NCBI GenBank assembly: GCA_028534125.1
Contig: CM052816.1
Span: forward strand, 92,072,001 to 92,136,000
Length of the DNA stretch: 64,000 bases
Source of the DNA: Lama glama
Lineage: Eukaryota
Direction: 5' to 3'
Positions 12,925 to 26,430 of this stretch are shown piece by piece (position 1 is the stretch's first letter; each line of letters opens with the position of its first letter). A program made the position numbers and the translations under genes. The notes under the pieces are model-generated. The model ran no database searches. It was not told the DNA's origin and was given only the letters and a program-made list of their open reading frames with translations.

Positions 12925-13870
12925 CTATTCCAGTTACCTATTGTTGCAGCAAATATCACCCCTAGATTTAGAAGCTTAAAATAACAACAATCATTTATTT
13001 TGCTATCAAATCTGCAAACAACCTGCTGTATTTAGTCTTAATTCTTAGTGTATACAAGACACTTCGGTAAGGTGGTCCATGACTGGCTCTCCCACCTCCT
13101 CTGCGTCTGTATCCAGCCTTCATCTGCCAGGATGGGTGGCTGCTTGCATCTCTGCTGTGCATGCACACGGCCCCCAGTCCACTGGGGATACAGCAAAGCT
13201 TAGCAAACTCCCAAGGCTGCCTCACATCCTGAAAATTCCTGCTAACTCCCTGACTGGTCTGCCCCAATGTTGCTTGCCCCAAATATTCTTGCTGCTGGCT
13301 CTCCCTGCTGACTTGCCACTGAGTTGTCCTTGTAACTGATGATGCTCTAAGTCAAGCAAACTCCCTTCTGAAGGGACAGTTAGGCTGATGGGCTTTGCAG
13401 CTGCCCTGCCTGCCCTGGATGAACTACCATGGACAGAGCTGGGAATCAGCAACAGCCCCTGGGGATGAGGCCACAGACTCACACAGTTCTCAACCAAGGG
13501 TCAGTAGTCTCCATGAATAAACCCTTCTTATGTTGCTGCATGCTTTGGATCAGATCCTAGAGTGCTGAAAAATGGTTGGTTTTGAGCACTTTTGTCTAGT
13601 ATTAGAGCTGCTTTGAGTAGGGGTGGGTGTGGGGAGGAGATTTGTATCAGAATGACTTCCAAAGTAGATTCAAATCCCCAAGAACTCTTCAGAACAGCTT
13701 TCTCTCTCTCTCTCTCTCATACACACACACACACACACACACACACATCTTGTACTCCCTTGTGTATGACTATATAAGACTATTGGTCACCAGGGAAGCA
13801 TGCGTTTGGAATGAATGTTTCCCTGGGTAGAGGGTTGGACCACACGTGAATATTCACCATTTCCTTCTGA
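12925..13870. mobile_element. Nested LTR cluster: MLT1 pieces with an ERVL-type LTR (~13027-13378) between them
   Basis: MLT1-type start tattccagttacctattg...cttaaaataacaacaatcatttatt at 12925; central block runs tgtattt... to ...gaagggaca; MaLR-like sequence resumes ~13480. Confidence 0.5.
13701..13747. repeat. (TC)n(CA)n microsatellite
   Basis: Directly visible. Confidence 0.95.
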
Positions 13871-14824
13871 CCCCCAGAACCTATTTGCATGGTGGCTGGC
13901 CAGGGGAAGCAGCAGCATCTCTCAAGGCCCCTAATTTTTCAAAATAAAATTCAAAGACCCTTTGGCCCTCCACTTCCTTATAACTGGTAGTACATTCAAA
14001 TGCCTGAGCTGAAGAGTGCCTCCAGCTCACGTATAAGTTTAAGGACACAAACAGTACCTGCTCAGAGTGTACCAGAATCCCCCGCCACCCTGCTAGAGCT
14101 TCCACGGTGTTTCAAAATATTTTCCCTCTAAAACAATTTCATAAGCTCACACTGAAAATACTCTGAGAAAGCTTCAACAGCAACAACAAAAGATAAAGAA
14201 TTGTTTAGATATAAATTATGCAAATCTTTTTCATGTACTATCTAAGCTGATCTGATTAGCTCATGAGAATAGCTCCAAACCCCTGCCAGAACATAACAGG
14301 TTTTCTGCATGGGTCTAGTTGGAAAGAGAAAGAAAAACTACAGACAGCTGTTCCAAGGCTGGGAATTGCTGGGTCCATCTGACAGCAGCTGTTTGCATGC
14401 CAAATCGTTCCAGCAATTTCTAATTAAATCCAGCTTGGGAGAAATTTTATGATCTGCATCACATGATTTCTGTCTGTATCTGGGATGTCTTCTCTCCCTG
14501 TTTTGAAAACCCCTCCAGTGATGTCTGTCTATTTTCTTCATCTTAAAGGACTAATCAAACCAGAGACAAGCATGTTGTTTTTGTTTCTGAGGTTAGAACG
14601 CCCAAAGGAATCAACCACCAAAGTTTTAAGGAAGGGGAGTCCCCAACCCCTTAACACTAAGAAATGAGCAAATGGGATACTTGAGGTGAAAGGTTCTGGT
14701 GCCCCTCCTTCTTACACTTCCTTTATAGGGTCCTCGCATCTACCAAGTGAATGGCATGTGTGTTCGTGCCTTTTTACCTTTGGTTCATGACTCCCTGACT
14801 AAGAATCCTAAGTTAATTATAATA

Positions 14825-15040
14825 ACACGTTGGTTTAAAGCATTTCATAAAGCACTTTCATGCATTTTATCTCATAACTTAAAGCAAGCACGTAAAATAG
14901 GCTGGGAAGATAATATCCTCTCCATCTTGCAAATTAAAACACTGAAGCTCTCAAAGACGAAATGATTCCTGATACGTGTCAAGGTCACAGGCAGTAATGT
15001 CAGAGAAGAACTTGGCAGCAGACTTTCTAGCCCCAAGACC
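14825..15040 (-). mobile_element. MIR SINE
   Basis: MIR core ccatcttgcaaattaaaacactgaagctc...tcaaggtcacag. Confidence 0.75.
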
Positions 15041-15511
15041 ATTTCTTCTCCCCCTCCGCCCAGTCCCTCCCTCACCTCATTAGCTACAGGGACATATCAA
15101 TCTGTTCCTGGATTCAAGAGTGCCGTTTTACTCTAGTGTCTATTTATTTGATTGGAAAATTACCCATATTTTTGATAACCTGTATGTGATTTCAAATTAT
15201 ATTTTTCCATCTCTCAGCAGAAATGCAACATATAGATGAACTCTACGTGAGACCGACTGAAATAGAAACATGAGGCAGACTTGCCTATGAGTTAGTGAAC
15301 ACTAAGTATACTTAAAAGGAAATATTCTTGCCTGAATTAGACAGGAGTCTCTGGGACACAGTTCCCAGAAATATACAGCCTATGATATACATTTGGAAAA
15401 TTCCTAAGGCCGAAGACCAAAAGGAGTTTATTTCTCGCTGAAATAGAAGTCTGGCTGTGAATAAGATTTCCATTAAGGTAAACAATATAACAACCCATGG
15501 CCCTTTCACAT

Positions 15512-15620
15512 TTTCTTTTTTCTTTTTCTTTTTTTTTTTTAACACTTTTTTTATTGAGTTATAGTCATTTTACAATGTTGTGTCAAATTCCAATGTAGAG
15601 CCCAATTTCTCAGTTATACA
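15512..15620 (-). mobile_element. Young, very short L1 3' end
   Basis: Poly-T then aacactttttttattgagttatagtcattttacaatgttgtgtcaaattcc; near-identical to the copy at 57245-57374. Confidence 0.9.
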
Positions 15621-15804
15621 CTTTTTTTCAGGCTGTTTATGTTTGTTTCCATGTGATACCACGTTCTCAGACTATTGGTAAATGTTTCAGGGCCCATAAA
15701 CACTTTGTCCCATTACTAACAAGACCAGCCCACATGAAAATATTTAATGGGACCGAATCTGATGGATGTACTTGACTGCCAACCTGTTTGATTATTTTCT
15801 GAGT

Positions 15805-16120
15805 TTATTAGTCAGGAAAATCAATGCTGATTGTTATGACAGATAAGCCCTCCAAATCAGTGACACAATACAAAAAAAGTCTATTTCTCACTTACACAAA
15901 GTGTCATGAGTCTGGGCAGCGCTGGATGGATGGTCCCTGGGTCTGGACTGCTCTCATGGGGGTATTTTTGAGCACCAGACCTGGAATACACATCACTTCC
16001 ATGCACATTACATTGGCCGGTTTCATAGCTCCAAACCCACAGCAAGAGGTTTTGAGAAACGTAGTCTTCCTGCATCCCATGAAAAGAAAAAGGCATGGGA
16101 AACACAAAGTATCATTCCTT
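15805..16120 (-). mobile_element. MaLR LTR (MLT1I/J-like)
   Basis: tattagtcagg...tatttctcacttaca...catcacttccatgcacattacattggcc. Confidence 0.7.
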
Positions 16121-16794
16121 CTCACGCTGAAAGAGGAATCTCCAAGCAACTGGGCTTTCTTTGCAACCACATAATTCCATAAGCACCAACTACTCTATTT
16201 TGGTGAAATAATCTAAAAGGAACCCTATCAACAGCAATTTACTAACTTCAGAGGAGATACTCTGTTGAAGAGTTACTCTCAAAATCTCACAGGCTCATGC
16301 TTATAAGGGCTTGCTGGGAAGAGGGTTATGAGGAGTGAGGATGAAGCTGGGGCAGGCTTAGCTCTCCAGACCTGTCATGTCAATTTCACAATCCAAATAA
16401 AGATGTTCTGCCAAAGAAAATATATGTGCATTTATACATATATGTATTTTGTACACATATATGTATATACCTATTATATATGCATGTACATGTGTGTATA
16501 TGTCTATATGTAGATGGATATAGATATAGATATATTTATAATTATTTCTGCTGAGGTGACCAGCGAAAGCTTTGCTATATAATTTGAATGACCATCTTGG
16601 AATCAGAATTGACTAGGGAACTCCAGATTCCCACAAAGAACTCATATTCAACAGCGTCCATTTATGTTACAAATAAATATTACAAGAAACCCTATTTCTT
16701 ATAGTGTCATTTGTGGGGTTTTTTTTGTAGTGACAGTGGATTCACTTGTGTTCTTTTTTCTTACCAGTATCAAACAATTTATTTTATTGTCTAA

Positions 16795-17042
16795 ATCTCT
16801 TTTTTTCACTGAAATATATTCAGTTTACAATGTTGTATCAATTTCTGGTGTACAGCATAATGTTTCAGTCATACATAGACATACATATGTTTGTTTCCAT
16901 ATTCTTTTTCATCATAGGTTACTACAAGATATTGAATAAGTTTCCCTGTGCTATGCAGAGGAAACTTGTTGTTTATCTATTTTATATATAGTAGTTAGTA
17001 TCTACAAATCTCAAATTCCCATTTTATCCCTTCCCACCCCCT
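16795..17042 (-). mobile_element. L1 3' end
   Basis: tttacaatgttgtatcaatttctggtgtacagcataatgtttcagtcatacat...ttccctgtgctat...tcccttcccacccc. Confidence 0.9.
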
Positions 17043-18177
17043 CACTTATGTTTTTATGTTATACGAGTTACTTATCTTTAAATAATTTTCTCAGGATGGA
17101 ACAAGAAAAGATACCAGTAGGATAATGCCTGAGTGTAGTTGTCCCTTGGACCACTTAGATGCTTTTCCTATCGTCTATGCAGTCATCACTCTGCAGATAT
17201 TAGGATCCATGATTTTAGGAATTCAGTCTTCTCAAAGCTTAGGAAATCAAGCTGCACAGATAAGTTCCAGACCTTCCACAGTCAAATTGTACTGTGTGTG
17301 TATTTTTTAATCCTTCTTGAGGAAGACACAGTCAGGCTTAGACATTAATATCCTGCTCTGTGTTGTTCCCATTTCCATAAAAAAAAGACTGAGACCTAAA
17401 ATAATTTTACTAACCTTCCAGAACACATCTAAGGGGAAGTGTGGCTAAAACACAGGATGCTGAATTCCTGGTCACATGTAGGGTTCTGTTTTTCAATTTA
17501 ACTGCTCAACTTTTAAAGTGTGGGTGCACCAAACTCTTGAGGAATAGAACACTCATTTAGATTTTGAAATAAATAAGTTCTGTCTGTTCTCAGCAACTCT
17601 GTTCATATGCTTACTACACATACTTCTTTCCCCAGGAGTGAAACAACGTATGTGAACCTAACAGAAACAGAAGTTCAGTTTCTTATAAAATGCAGTCCAT
17701 ACCATGTTGACGCAGACAATATCAAATTTTCTCTCATCTTGAAAATGTTTCATATTCTATGGCATGTAAGCATGTCAAGAGACAATTTTCTGCCAATACC
17801 AGATTGTTGTACATTTTGTGTTTAAAGCAGAATTAGTTGTAGATAAAGACAATGCAGTATACCATTGGGAATTTTGAATTTATCACAGACAAAATGAAAA
17901 TGGTCACTAAAATGGGTAGTTGTATCTATTTTTCCACTTTTCAAAGAGTATTTTTGGCTTAGAAAAATGTGCCTTAGAAACCAAAGAACTCCATTGGGCC
18001 GTTTAACTATTCCTCATATATTTTCACATACTTCAGAGGTTACTGTATATTTTAAAGAAATAAAGAGTACTCTTATAAACGGCAGAAGAGAAGTGATGTT
18101 CAAATTTCTTTATCGTGATTCTTCAATTTGATTTAGAATATCTTAAGAATTAGCACAAGGATATAAATACAAGGCAG

Positions 18178-18468
18178 GGCAGCATTTTCTAAGTTGTTTG
18201 TATGGAACACATAACATCGTCGAAATAGATCCATAGTCAAAAAATTGCGAGTACCTGAATGAATGAAATTAGCCAGATTTATTTTATTGAAGGACTCTTC
18301 AAAGCCCTTAATAAACTAATACACATTGAGACTCTCCCAGATGTGGGGACACCAAGTGCTGTATTTCCTAAACTTTGTTAGCCACTATAAGCTTTTTTTG
18401 GCAGACCTCTATTAACATCTTGAGTTAGATTAGTGTTCTACAGAAGAGGGTTTAGGAAAGTTGCAGTA
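18178..18468. mobile_element. hAT-Charlie DNA transposon (Charlie4z/MER112-like)
   Basis: cagcattttctaagttg...ggaacac; aggactcttcaaagcccttaataaactaatacacattg; gtgttctacagaa...tttaggaaagttg. Confidence 0.6.
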
Positions 18469-19854
18469 GGGACTAAAGCCCCTTCTTGGATTTCCTAGAA
18501 AATATTTTCTTCCTCTGTCTACACAGTGTTGAAGGAATTCAGCAGCTAAGTGGGAAAAGAAATCAGGACCAATTAGTTCCATGTGGAAGAGCTGTGTTGA
18601 CACAGCAAAAAATCTGAGTTACTACAATGAGGTATCGGTACCATCTAAAGGTAAGCACCTAATTATGAAAACTGAGGCACAACCAAACTTTTAGAAATAA
18701 CAAAATGATTATATGCAAACTAATGCATATCTCTCAGACACGCCCACCATTTATACATTTTACAGATAATGTTGGTCTAGTCACCAAGGGCATAGCAAGG
18801 AGCAGACACCCCTAGTTCCACGTGTGCAAAGGTTTTGGAGACCCCTGGTAGAAGCAATTAGAATTACCTATACAAAGAGAATGCCAAACGTGTTAAAACC
18901 GAACATTTCCTACTAAAAAGTTACAGATATAATCCTGTATGCAGATGATTAAATGTTTTATTCTTAAATCTTTTAAAATACACATATGGTACTAAGCAGT
19001 TATTGCAGTTAGAGCCAAAAATGACATTTTTAACCTCAAGTTTCTGTTAAGTTTACAAAACAATTTTTTGCAGGTTTCCTCTAGACATTTTCCATCCCAA
19101 GAAACCACGAAACTATTATGTTTAGGAAATGTCACAATATTCCCCCCACACCATCAAGGAACTGCATTACTATACTATCTCCAAGCAGAGTCATACATTT
19201 TCCAAACAAAACATGAGCTAATCTAAAAGTCTCTTTCAGTATATAAACTTTCCATGTTCTTCACGCTTGCCAGGTTAGAGATGGGGCCAAGGAGATTACA
19301 ACATTAATGGAATGTAGCTTACTTTTGTAATATAGGAAACTGCCATCCTTTTCATCATGTCTAGAGGTGGGGTAACATGGGGAAAGGGGATGAAATTAGA
19401 TTGAACTCTTTTTTTTCCCCCAGTTTGAACCACTCCCTTTTGTCCATCTCACACTTCAGCTTTGGTACCAGGGGACCAAGGGGAAGCAAAATGCAGCAGT
19501 AGTAATGGAGAAAGATGACTAGATATGTGGGTGGAGTGTCAGCATGTCAAGAGTGACAGGGCATGCCTGTGTCAGGGCAAGGCGGAAACTGAAAGCACCT
19601 TTAGAAGATGAAGAATAACATTGACTTTCTTCTTACTGCCACTGAAGATTTCACTTAAAGCAACCATGAACATCCACCTTTAGAGCGACAACTAAGTCAG
19701 ATAGTTCACAGTCTACTGACCCCTGACCATTTATCCCTCTCTACATGTTTGCCTTACTTGTTCAGAGGCTGATGCCCCCTGGACCAAGCTCAGATGATGT
19801 CTGCTTCCCACTGCAGGATCTCTATCACTTCCAGAGCTCTGCTTTTTTCTCTCA

Positions 19855-20210
19855 CGGTAGAGCTGCAATCTCGTGGTCCATAAGCTAAGTTTGGCTTGTG
19901 AATGGGTTTTTGTTGGGTTTGGCTTTTCTTTCCCCCTTAAATGTAGACCAAAATAAAAATCAGGGTATTTCACATGAAGTCCAGGCTTCTGGCTGCTTTT
20001 GAAGAACAGGAATATCTCACAACCCTAGCTTCAATATTCCTACAAGTACAATTTGCTGGGGCTGAGGAGCCCGAGAGCACCAATTCTGTCTACATCCCAC
20101 CACTCCTGTAACGTTGCAGACGTGCTTCAGGCAGGCCAGCTTCATTCATGTGAACCACCTGCTCGATCCCTGGATGCAGTTACCACTCATCTCAGTGAAC
20201 CCCGAAGCTC
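19855..20210 (+). mobile_element. hAT-Charlie element (MER102-like)
   Basis: gtatttcacatgaagtccaggcttctggctgcttttgaa...caatttgctggggctgaggagc...cccaccactcc. Confidence 0.65.
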
Positions 20211-20884
20211 AACCAATGGAGATGATCTAGACAAGATAGTTCCTCCATCCTTGCTGACTTGGGTTCTCCTTTCAGCTCATCCAGCCAGAGTACTCTGGTC
20301 CTCTTGTCCCCAGCGGTCTTCTAGACCTCAAGCCATCAAGTACCCCTTCTTTGCTGTTTCTTCACCACTTTCCTCTCCATTGATTCTCTCCTATCCACGT
20401 GGAAAATAATTTTTTACCATCTTCAAGGAAAAATAAAGCACTTTTACTGACACTTTGTCTCCCTGAAGTTACTCCCCTTCGCTGTATAGAAAAAAATTTC
20501 TGAAAGAATACATATGACTTGCTCTTTGGAATTCTTCACCTGTCATTCATTTTTCAAACTACTGCAAGATGGCCCCACCAGACTTTGGAAACTACTTTTA
20601 TTAAGCCACCAATGGCTTCCTATCTTCCAATCCAACAGACAGTTTTCATTCCCCACCGTGTTAACCTCTCTGCAATGTCTGCCACAATGTCTGCTGACTC
20701 CTATCTTGAGATTTTGATCTTTCCTGAATGCCATAGCAGGACAGTGTCCTTGGTTTTATTGCCAGCTTCCTTGTTTTCCAATTTTATTGAAGATTTAAAA
20801 CATTTTTCATTTTCTGACATAAAATGTTAAGTGCTTTGTAGTCTCCAACCATGATTTCCCTAGTTCTTTCAATACTCTTTTGAG

Positions 20885-21050
20885 TCAGAGCTAATAATAT
20901 CACACCCATTTTTCAGATGATAAAATATCCTTAAAGAGATCGAATAAGTTTTACAAGGTCATGCATCTAGTAGAGACAGAGCTGAGACTCAGATCCCGGT
21001 CTTTCTTGCAGCAAACCCCGTGCTCTTAAGTGCTGCTCTGTCCTGCCTCC
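20885..21050 (-). mobile_element. MIR SINE
   Basis: cccatttttcagatgataaaa...caaggtcatgcatctagtagagacagagctgagactcagatcccggtct. Confidence 0.85.
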
Positions 21051-21219
21051 CTTTTCTCAAGCTTCTCCATGATTCCCAGGTTCAGACCACACTTTTTATC
21101 TTATGTGTCTCCATGTGCAATTCTAGTGATGTCCAAGAGTTCACCAATCACATTCATGTTAATGTTCTCAAATAAAGTGCCTCCATTCTAGACTTTCCTT
21201 GCAAGAAATGAATTCATTT

Positions 21220-21680
21220 GGATAAAGACGTTGTATATATATACAGAAGAATGTTAGTTAGCCATATAAAGAATGAAATTTTGCCATTTTCTACACAGAA
21301 GGTATTATGCTTAGTGAAGTAAGCCAGACAGAGAAAGACAAATATTCTGTGTTATCACATATATGTGGAATCTAAAAATTAAAACAAATGAATGAATATA
21401 ACAAAACAGAAACAGACTCATAGATAAAGAGAACAACTAGTAGTGATCAGTGGGAGTGGGGGAGGGGAGGGGCAGGATAGGAGAAGGGAATTAAGAAGCA
21501 CAAACTACTAGGTATAAAATAAATAAGATACAAAGGTACAATGGGCAGCACAGGGAGTATAGCCAATCAATATTTTATAATAACTTTAAATGGGGTATAA
21601 TCTAAAAAATATCAAATCACTATACTGTATATAAACTTGCAATATAAACTTGTAAACCAGCTATGCTTCAATTTTAAAAA
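21220..21680 (+). mobile_element. 5'-truncated L1 3' end with TSD
   Basis: agtgaagtaagccagacagagaaagacaaata...; TSD aagaaatgaattcattt (21203-21219) / aagagttgaattcattt (21680-21696). Confidence 0.92.
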
Positions 21681-21798
21681 AGAGTTGAATTCATTTATTA
21701 TCCCCCATGTTCTACATTTACTTGTATCTTAACATTTATAATGGTTTCTTTGGGCTTACATGGGTATATGACTATTTTCCTATGGGGCAATAAAATCC

Positions 21799-21993
21799 TT
21801 TTTTTATTCTTGTTTTTTATTGAAGCATAGTCAATTTACAATGTTAGTTTCAGGTATACAGCAAAGTGATACAGTTATTCATATACATACATACATACAT
21901 ATATATTTTTTCAGTTTCTTTTCCATTATGGCTTATTACAAGAAGTTGAATATAGTTTCCTGTGCTGTACAGGAGGTCCTTGTTGTTTATCTG
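21799..21993 (-). mobile_element. L1 3' end inserted in an L2 tail
   Basis: ttttattgaagcatagtcaatttacaatgttagtttcaggtatacagcaaagtgat...ttcctgtgctgtacag. Confidence 0.9.
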
Positions 21994-23729
21994 TTTGAGG
22001 GAACTGCATCTTTATCATCTTACATCCTCTCTGCTCAGCCTGGTGCCTGGTCCATAGGTGTTTAATGACTGTTAAATAACTGAGTGAATGAAAGGCTATC
22101 TAATTGTTGTTTGAATATCTCTACTTTGATCATCTGTAATCTGCTCTCCCACCTTGTCTATATTTTCAATTCTGTATGTTTTGCACTTTACTCTTGACCT
22201 CCCCTTTACTCTGACTCTGTCTCCTATATTCCCTATCTCAGAGGATGGTACTTACATTCACCCAACCATCTTAAGACAAAAGTCTGAGCATCAACCAGTT
22301 TCCTCCCCTTCCAGATAGTTGATTAAAATATCCAGTTAACTTACCTCCTAAATATACCTCCAGCCTACCTACCCACTCCCAGACATATTCATAGTGTAGG
22401 TCCTGTCATTCCATGTTGGATGATTGCAGTGGCCAGTCTGCTCACAGGCTTCCCAGCCAATTCCCTGCACATTGTAAGAAGGGCACTCATTTTCTCCTTT
22501 CTCACTGTCTGTTCTTTACTTTCCTTAAGGTTTTTTGGCACCTCTACACCCTACACAATACAATAGGCCTCCTTAATAAGGCAGATAAGGTTCTCTATGA
22601 TCTGGCCGTAGCTGACTTGTCCACCCTTCTGTCCATTGCACTCTCTTAACATCCTGTATTTGGTAATTTTTAACCAATAGTAGTTCTTGGCTTCTCCTTT
22701 TCTTCCCCCAATTCCCTCACACATCTTATCCTCCTGGAAGACGTTATGTTCTTAAAAGTCTCAGCTCAAGATTGCATTCTCTGAGCAGAACTTTCTAGTT
22801 CCCTGCACAGATTTAAACATTCATTGCAGCTGCCCTTTCACTTGTGTATATATATTTCCATTTTAGTGATGATCATATCATAAAGTAATTATTTCTTTGC
22901 CTATTTCTCCATGAGATTGGTGGAATGCTGAATGTTACTTTTCTGTAAGTATAGCACAGTATCATGATGAATTTCTTCTCATCAGTTCTTACAGCAATCA
23001 CATGTTTTGGGTGGTGATGTTTTCTTTCTTGTTTTGACAGATAATAAAATTGATGAGATTCATGGAGCCAAGCTCTTAAATTCAGATTTTGTGATCCTTA
23101 CTCTCATACACTTTTTATTATATCACACCATATTTGAAACATTAAGCAGTCAGACTAGTGCTGTACCGTGAGCATGAAGAGCCAAGTGCACTAGAAGGAG
23201 TTTTAAGTACACAGAGCTAGCAGAGAATTCATTTATAGCCACTTACACCAGCACAAAGAGCAGTCCACAGGATAAACTCAATTGATCGACAACATGCATT
23301 CCATTGCATATAATCATCATCAAGTAAATGCCATTGTTGCTGGAGAACAGAAAGTAACCACATTAACCGTCTACTGAATCTCTCTCTCTCTTGCTCTCAC
23401 TCTGTTTCTTCTCTCTCTTCCCCTAGTTTCTCTTCCCCTCTCCCTCTCCATTGTAAGATCATATTTATATATTAGAACAGAGGTAACAGAAGGCACTTTG
23501 CTTCTCTCTCAAGAGAACATCTGGCGGGATTAAAGTGTAGAGCAAAGGAAATACACATTTAATTCAAAACTGCACACTTTTAGTTAATCACATTCCCTCA
23601 TTGAATTGTGTCTTGTTTGTTTTTACTATGATTGGATGTTTTTTCTTAGTCCATGATTCATTATATCTAAGTCTTTATTTTATCACAAAGACAAGATGGG
23701 TAATGATTACAGAATTTAAATATGTTAGC

Positions 23730-24175
23730 TTCTTCCAATAGAAAGGCTGAAAATACTCAATTTTTCATCACTATTAACAGATAAGAATAACCATGTGACA
23801 CCATTTTGGACAATTACACGTTCATAGAAGTCAGTGGAGGAAATTTCCAAGAAAGACTTTTTCAAAGGGATGAGTTTAGGAACTATGGCCCATTTTGCCT
23901 CTTTGGCTTTTTCCTTCTTCCTTCTTTTGCTGCTTGAAGTGGAGATCTGATGCCCCAAGACCTGGTTACTGTCCAAGAACAATGTTCTTGAAATGATGGC
24001 TTGCAACAAAGAGAGAGAAGGAGCCGAGGGTCCCGGTGACACTTGTAAGCAGCTACACCAACCCTGAATTTACCTATTTAGGATTTGTTGGTGAGATGAT
24101 AGATCTCCTTCTATTGAAGACGCCAAGCTGGGTTTTCTGCTTTGTGGTTTTGCGGATGAAGTCTTCCCTGATTCA
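23730..24175 (+). mobile_element. MaLR LTR (old MLT1, J-like)
   Basis: ccatgtgacaccattttggacaat...gaagtcagtggagg...aaggagccgagggtcccggtgacac...gggttttctg. Confidence 0.65.
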
Positions 24176-24429
24176 AATGTAAGAAACACTCTTTGTCTCT
24201 GCAACTGAATAGGAGAGGCTGGATTTCAGGGCTCATCACCAAGGTGTCTACTTTATGGTGCTTTGGAAAATAGAGTATAGAACTAGAACAACCTAAATTA
24301 TCACTGGAACCACTTTGTTCTTGAATTTTGGACATTAGAATCCAGAATGATTTAGGAATTTGTTCAAGACCACTCTGCTGTTGAAGCTTGACAGGGGGTC
24401 CTGGTACCTTAAATTCCACTCTGGATACT

Positions 24430-24950
24430 CCCCTGTAACTATGAAATTAAAGAAAACTTTTACGTATGAGACCACTGAAATCTTGACTGGAGCTTTGCAC
24501 AGACTCACCATTAACATACTTTGACAGACTCAAGGTTACAAAGTCCGTGTCAAGGAGACCTAGGAGAAAAATAAGAGTTATTAAAGGGTGGAAAATTAAC
24601 CACATAAGGAAAATTGTAAATGATCTCAATATTTTCATAGCCTATGAAAGAATGAAGCAGGGCTTAATTGTCTAATGTAGAAGAGAAACTTTATTAGAAC
24701 ATAGGCCTTCTCTCTGGGTTTTTTTTTTTTTTTGTCCTTCATCTGTAGTGCTTAGAACAATTCTAAGTGTGTAGAGGATATTCAATAAATCCTATTTAAA
24801 TAAAATAATTAATAAAGAAATGATGAATAACTATTTTCAGTATGATTTCTGTAAGAACAAGGCTAAGAAAAATAATCTTTCTAACACAGAAAAGATTTTA
24901 GTCTAGTTATAAAGAAAGGAATTTATGACAGTGAGTGATTACATATATTG
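24430..24950 (+). mobile_element. CR1/L3 LINE 3' fragment
   Basis: gtgtcaaggagacctaggag...aagggtggaaaat...ataaggaaaattgtaaatgatctc and agattttagtctagttataaagaaaggaatttatgacagtgag resemble the L3 3' end. Confidence 0.45.
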
Positions 24951-24989
24951 ATCATGAGATGATCAAGAAAAAAAGTCGGAGAGAATGGG

Positions 24990-26045
24990 GAGATTAGTCA
25001 CAATAATTCAACCAGCAATTGACTTCTTAATAGTAACAATGGAGGCTAGAACACAGAGCATTCATACCTTCAAAATGCTATGAGAATGTAACTATTAACT
25101 AAGAATTCCATACATAGCTAAACTATCATTCAAGAATGAGGACAAAAATAAAGATATTTTCAAGAAAAAAAAAGAAAACAAGAGAATAGGCAATAACATA
25201 CATTACAGTAAAACAAGTACATCACAAATGAAGAAAATGGTCCCAGAAGGGACGGTGGAGACCCACCAAGGAGGGACGAGCAAAGAAAATGATGAACATG
25301 GTTAGAGCTAAACAAACATCAACTGTTTCAAACAATAATAATCACATTTGATTTTAAAAAGTTAAATGATTGAAATAGTACATTGGCTAGAAATAACATT
25401 TAAGAGAGAATTGGTTAGTTTAAAACTGTTCTAAGGTCACACATTATATGAGAAGAGAATAAAGATAATGATTTACTTTAGACTGCATTAAACCTATTAT
25501 TATTCATTCAATCCCACTCCTGGGCATACATCCAGAAAAGACAAAAACTCTAATTCAAAAAGATACATGCACCCCAATGTTCATAGCAGCACTATTTACA
25601 GTAGCCAAGACATGGAAGCAAACTAAGTGTCTATTGACAGAAAAATGAATGGATAAAGAAGATGTGGTAGATATATACAATGAAATATTACTCAGCCATA
25701 AAAAAGAATTAAAATAATGCCTTTTGCAGCAATGTGGACTTCAAGATTATCATGCTAAATGAAGTAAGTCAGACAGAGAAAGACAAATGTAATATGATAT
25801 CGTGCTAATATGTGGAATCTAAGAAAAATGACACAAATGAACTTATTCACAAAACAAATAGACTCACAGACATGGAAAGCAAATTTATGGTTACCAAAGT
25901 GGAAAGAATTTGGGGGGAGGGATAAATTAGGAGTTTGGGATTAGCAGACACACTACTATATATAAAATAGATAAACAATAAGTTTCTACTGTATGGAACA
26001 GGAAACTATATTCAATATCCTATAATGAAAAAGAATCTGAAAAGA

Positions 26046-26076
<31 letters not shown>

Positions 26077-26430
26077 TATGAATCACTTTGCTTACACCAG
26101 AAACTAATACAACATTGTAAATCAACTATACTTCAATTGAAAAAAAACCAGAAAAAACCCTCCCCCCACAAAGGAATATACCTGTCAAAATCCCACCAGA
26201 TTTCAAAGCAAACAACTTACGCCAAGTATTCAAGATGGAATAATTCTAGTCTTACAAAAACTCTTCCAAAGAACAAAAAATTAGAGAATGATTCTTAACT
26301 TATTTCATGAAATTTGTAAAACCTTGACACCAAAACTAAATAAGAAAAGCATAAGCTGCAAAATTATACTGAAATGTAAAATCATGAATAAAATATTAGA
26401 AGCTGTATCAACCAGGTATAAAAATGGATA
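24990..26430 (+). mobile_element. Old L1M remnant (ORF1 3' part and ORF2 piece) containing a younger L1 3' end at ~25508-26150
   Basis: gacttcttaatagtaacaatggaggctagaa...agaattcca...agctaaactatcattcaagaatga (ORF1); caatcccactcctgggcata...aaatcaactatacttcaatt plus A-tail; acaaaaactcttcca...aaccttgacaccaaaac (ORF2). Confidence 0.85.

Larger units (their letters stand above)
20400..22950 (+). mobile_element. Degenerate L2 fragments interrupted by MIR and two L1 3' ends
   Basis: L2 ORF2-like ccccaccagactttggaaactacttttattaagccaccaatggcttcct; L2 tail gcctggtgcctggtccatagg...gagtgaatgaa at ~22040-22092. Confidence 0.7.
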
